A stretch of 64,000 nt of DNA from Butyricicoccus sp. Its GTDB lineage: Bacteria > Bacillota > Clostridia > Oscillospirales > Butyricicoccaceae. The position numbers and the translations under genes are program-made. Each line of letters opens with the position of its first letter. Position 1 is the first letter of the stretch. The stretch spans positions 319,783 to 383,782 of the forward strand of contig OZ007036.1 of NCBI GenBank assembly GCA_963931655.1. The letters run 5' to 3'. Shown here piece after piece: positions 62,143-64,000 of this stretch. The notes below the pieces were generated by a model, which saw only the letters and a list, made by a program, of their open reading frames with translations, had not been told where the DNA came from and did not search any database.

Positions 62143-62553
62143 ATGATTAGAGAAATTTGCAAAGATGAAAAATTTTTGGCACAGAAATCAGAATTTGCTA
62201 CATTACAAGATATATCTATTGCAGAAGATTTATTGGAAACATTAAAACATCATAAATTGGGTTGTGTTGGTATGGCAGCTAATATGATTGGTATAAATAA
62301 ACGTATAATTGCATTTGATAATAATGGTGAATATATGGTTATGTTTAATCCAGAAATTATAAAAAAATCTGAACAATATCAAACGGAAGAAGGCTGTCTT
62401 TCTTTAACGGGCACTCGTTCAACTAAAAGATGGAAATCAATTAAAGTTAAATATCAAAATGATAAATTTCAGGAGAGATTTAAAACTTTTACAGGCTTTA
62501 CAGCTCAAATTATACAGCATGAAATAGACCATTGTAATGGTATAATAATATAA
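62143..62553 (+). CDS. def: Peptide deformylase (short form)
   Basis: GCVGMAANMIG, EEGCLS, QHEIDHCNG. Confidence 0.88.
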   Translation: MIREICKDEKFLAQKSEFATLQDISIAEDLLETLKHHKLGCVGMAANMIGINKRIIAFDNNGEYMVMFNPEIIKKSEQYQTEEGCLSLTGTRSTKRWKSIKVKYQNDKFQERFKTFTGFTAQIIQHEIDHCNGIII

Positions 62554-62571
62554 AATATTGGAGGGATAATT

Positions 62572-62900
62572 ATGAAATTATTATTTGATTTTCCACAGTG
62601 TTTTTTAGTTCCTATTTTTGTTGCAGTTATTTTCGCTGTAGTTGACATTGTTCTTAACAAACGAATTTCAAAATTATCTTCCTTAATTTTCTTGTGTCAG
62701 TTATTTTTCTTTGTGCACATATAATGTATATGATTTCATTTTCTAATGAAAACGGCATTATAGAGCAATTTAATCATTTTTTACATACTGATGCAGCTAT
62801 AGCTGTTGTTGTTGTATGGACACCACTTTTAATAGAAATTATAATTATAAATGCAATAGTTTTAGCTTATAAAAAATTTATAGACAATACAAATAGGTGA
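62572..62900 (+). CDS. Small membrane protein (possible frameshift near 62690)
   Basis: The hydrophobic ORF from ATG 62572 (GGAGGG RBS) stops early; a hydrophobic frame continues in ORF 62694-62900. Confidence 0.45.
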
Positions 62901-62905
62901 GTAAA

Positions 62906-63400
62906 ATGTTTCGCAAAATGAGAAGATTTAAACAACAGTTAACAGATGAAGAAACAATTCAGATATTAAAAAAAGGTAAAACAGGTATTTTAGGGGTTAT
63001 AGGTGATGAAGGATACCCTTATACTGTGCCAATAAATTATGTGTATGAAAACAATAAAATCTATATTCATTGTGCCAAAACTGGTCATAAAATAGATGCA
63101 ATTAAAAATAATAATAAAGTTTCTTTTTGTGTAATAGAAAAAGATGATGTGGTGAAAGAAAAGTTAACTACATATTATAAAAGTGTCATTGCTTTTGGTA
63201 AAGCAAGAATACTTGAAACCGATAAGGAAATTTTTCGTGCAGCACAGAGTTTAGGTTTTAAGTATAGTGATGATAAAGAGCATGTACAAAAAGAAATAAA
63301 ACAAGAATTGAAAGCCCTTGCTTGTGTAGAAATTGTTATTGAACATATGACAGGAAAACAATCCAAAGATTTAGCTATACAATGCCTAGGAGTTGATTAA
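62906..63400 (+). CDS. Pyridoxamine 5'-phosphate oxidase / NimA-like protein
   Basis: MRRFKQQL, GYPYTVPINY, IYIHCAKTGHKID, YKSVIAFGKA. Confidence 0.85.
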   Translation: MFRKMRRFKQQLTDEETIQILKKGKTGILGVIGDEGYPYTVPINYVYENNKIYIHCAKTGHKIDAIKNNNKVSFCVIEKDDVVKEKLTTYYKSVIAFGKARILETDKEIFRAAQSLGFKYSDDKEHVQKEIKQELKALACVEIVIEHMTGKQSKDLAIQCLGVD

Positions 63401-63605
63401 AATGTTATTATTAGGTGGTATTGCACTTTTAATTATTGGGATTTTAATGATTATTGCACCAGATGAAATTTATGAAATAGTAGAAAGTTGGAAAAATAAT
63501 TCAGCTAGCTCACCATCAGATTTATATAAACTAAATACACGTATAGGTGGAATTATGTTTTCTATTGTTGGACTTGCTGGAATAATAGTATATTTTATTT
63601 CTTAG
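63393..63605 (+). CDS. Small two-TM membrane protein
   Basis: Two hydrophobic segments flanking ESWKN...PSDLY. Confidence 0.55.
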   Translation: MIKMLLLGGIALLIIGILMIIAPDEIYEIVESWKNNSASSPSDLYKLNTRIGGIMFSIVGLAGIIVYFIS

Positions 63606-63613
63606 AAGGTGAT

Positions 63614-63829
63614 TTGATGAAATGTCCATATTGCGAAAATGAAATGATTAGTGGAAAAATATGTTCTATATCTAGAAATTCAGGGCTTGTTTGGAAAGAT
63701 ACTGAAGAACAAATTAGATTAAATGATGAACCCAAACTTGTTGCACGTATAAACGGTGATAGAATATCAGGCTATATATGTAAAAATTGCAATAAGATAA
63801 TTGTTGATTATTTCCCATGCAATAAATAA
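63614..63829 (+). CDS. Small zinc-ribbon protein
   Basis: MKCPYCENEM...GYICKNCNKII. Confidence 0.6.
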   Translation: MMKCPYCENEMISGKICSISRNSGLVWKDTEEQIRLNDEPKLVARINGDRISGYICKNCNKIIVDYFPCNK

Positions 63830-63921
63830 TGATAGTGTGTTTTATGTCAACGTAACGTAGGTTGTTATATATGAACTTCATTGATATAATTATGACAATA
63901 AAAAATTAAGGAGAAAAAACA

Positions 63922-64000
63922 ATGAATTCTTATATTACAGGTTCTACAATAAAACGATTAAGAGAAGCTAAGGGACTAACACAAGCCGAATTAGCAGAAA
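63922..64000 (+). CDS. XRE-family HTH regulator (partial, runs off window)
   Basis: MNSYITGSTIKRLREAKGLTQAELAE; AAGGAG RBS. Confidence 0.75.
   Translation, partial: MNSYITGSTIKRLREAKGLTQAELAE

Noticed and set aside
936-63366. Many short antisense or overlapping ORFs in the track (e.g. 4446-4946, 5226-5933, 23276-23953, 39367-39886, 54621-54890)
   Set aside because: They are shadows of well-supported genes on the other strand or frame, with no RBS or motifs of their own.

Overview
AT-rich chromosomal window from a spore-forming, probably motile Clostridia-like bacterium (cotJ operon, Rex box, hbd, CheY/CheX/FapA, MCP). Bases 1-27.3 kb are ordinary: three MacB/FtsX-type ABC export modules with two two-component systems, a chemotaxis trio, a DUF3793-flavodoxin operon under DtxR-like operators, polA, c-di-GMP genes, hbd and MATE. 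The main result lies at 27.9-64 kb. The spore-coat Mn-catalase gene cotJC is split into three segments (27906-28092, 45031-45250, 59619-~59735). Two unrelated elements of 16,938 bp and 14,368 bp separate them. Each element ends in its own large serine recombinase, preceded by a small ORF, and has its own core repeat and inverted att arms. Excising both at the cores restores one in-frame 184-aa ORF with the metal-ligand motifs intact. A third interruption probably starts at ~59735 and runs off the window. Element 1 is phage-like but has no structural genes; it carries an HaeIII/NgoPII-type R-M pair, an AAA ATPase and three signal-less BspA-type LRR genes. Element 2 carries BlaI/M56, an MCP, an ECF sigma operon hit by IS30, and a ClC transporter. 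Caveat: a 17-bp string at 3078-3094 matches my recollection of a PacBio barcode, and several single-base lesions occur, so some apparent pseudogenes may be assembly errors. No rRNA, tRNA or CRISPR array was seen.
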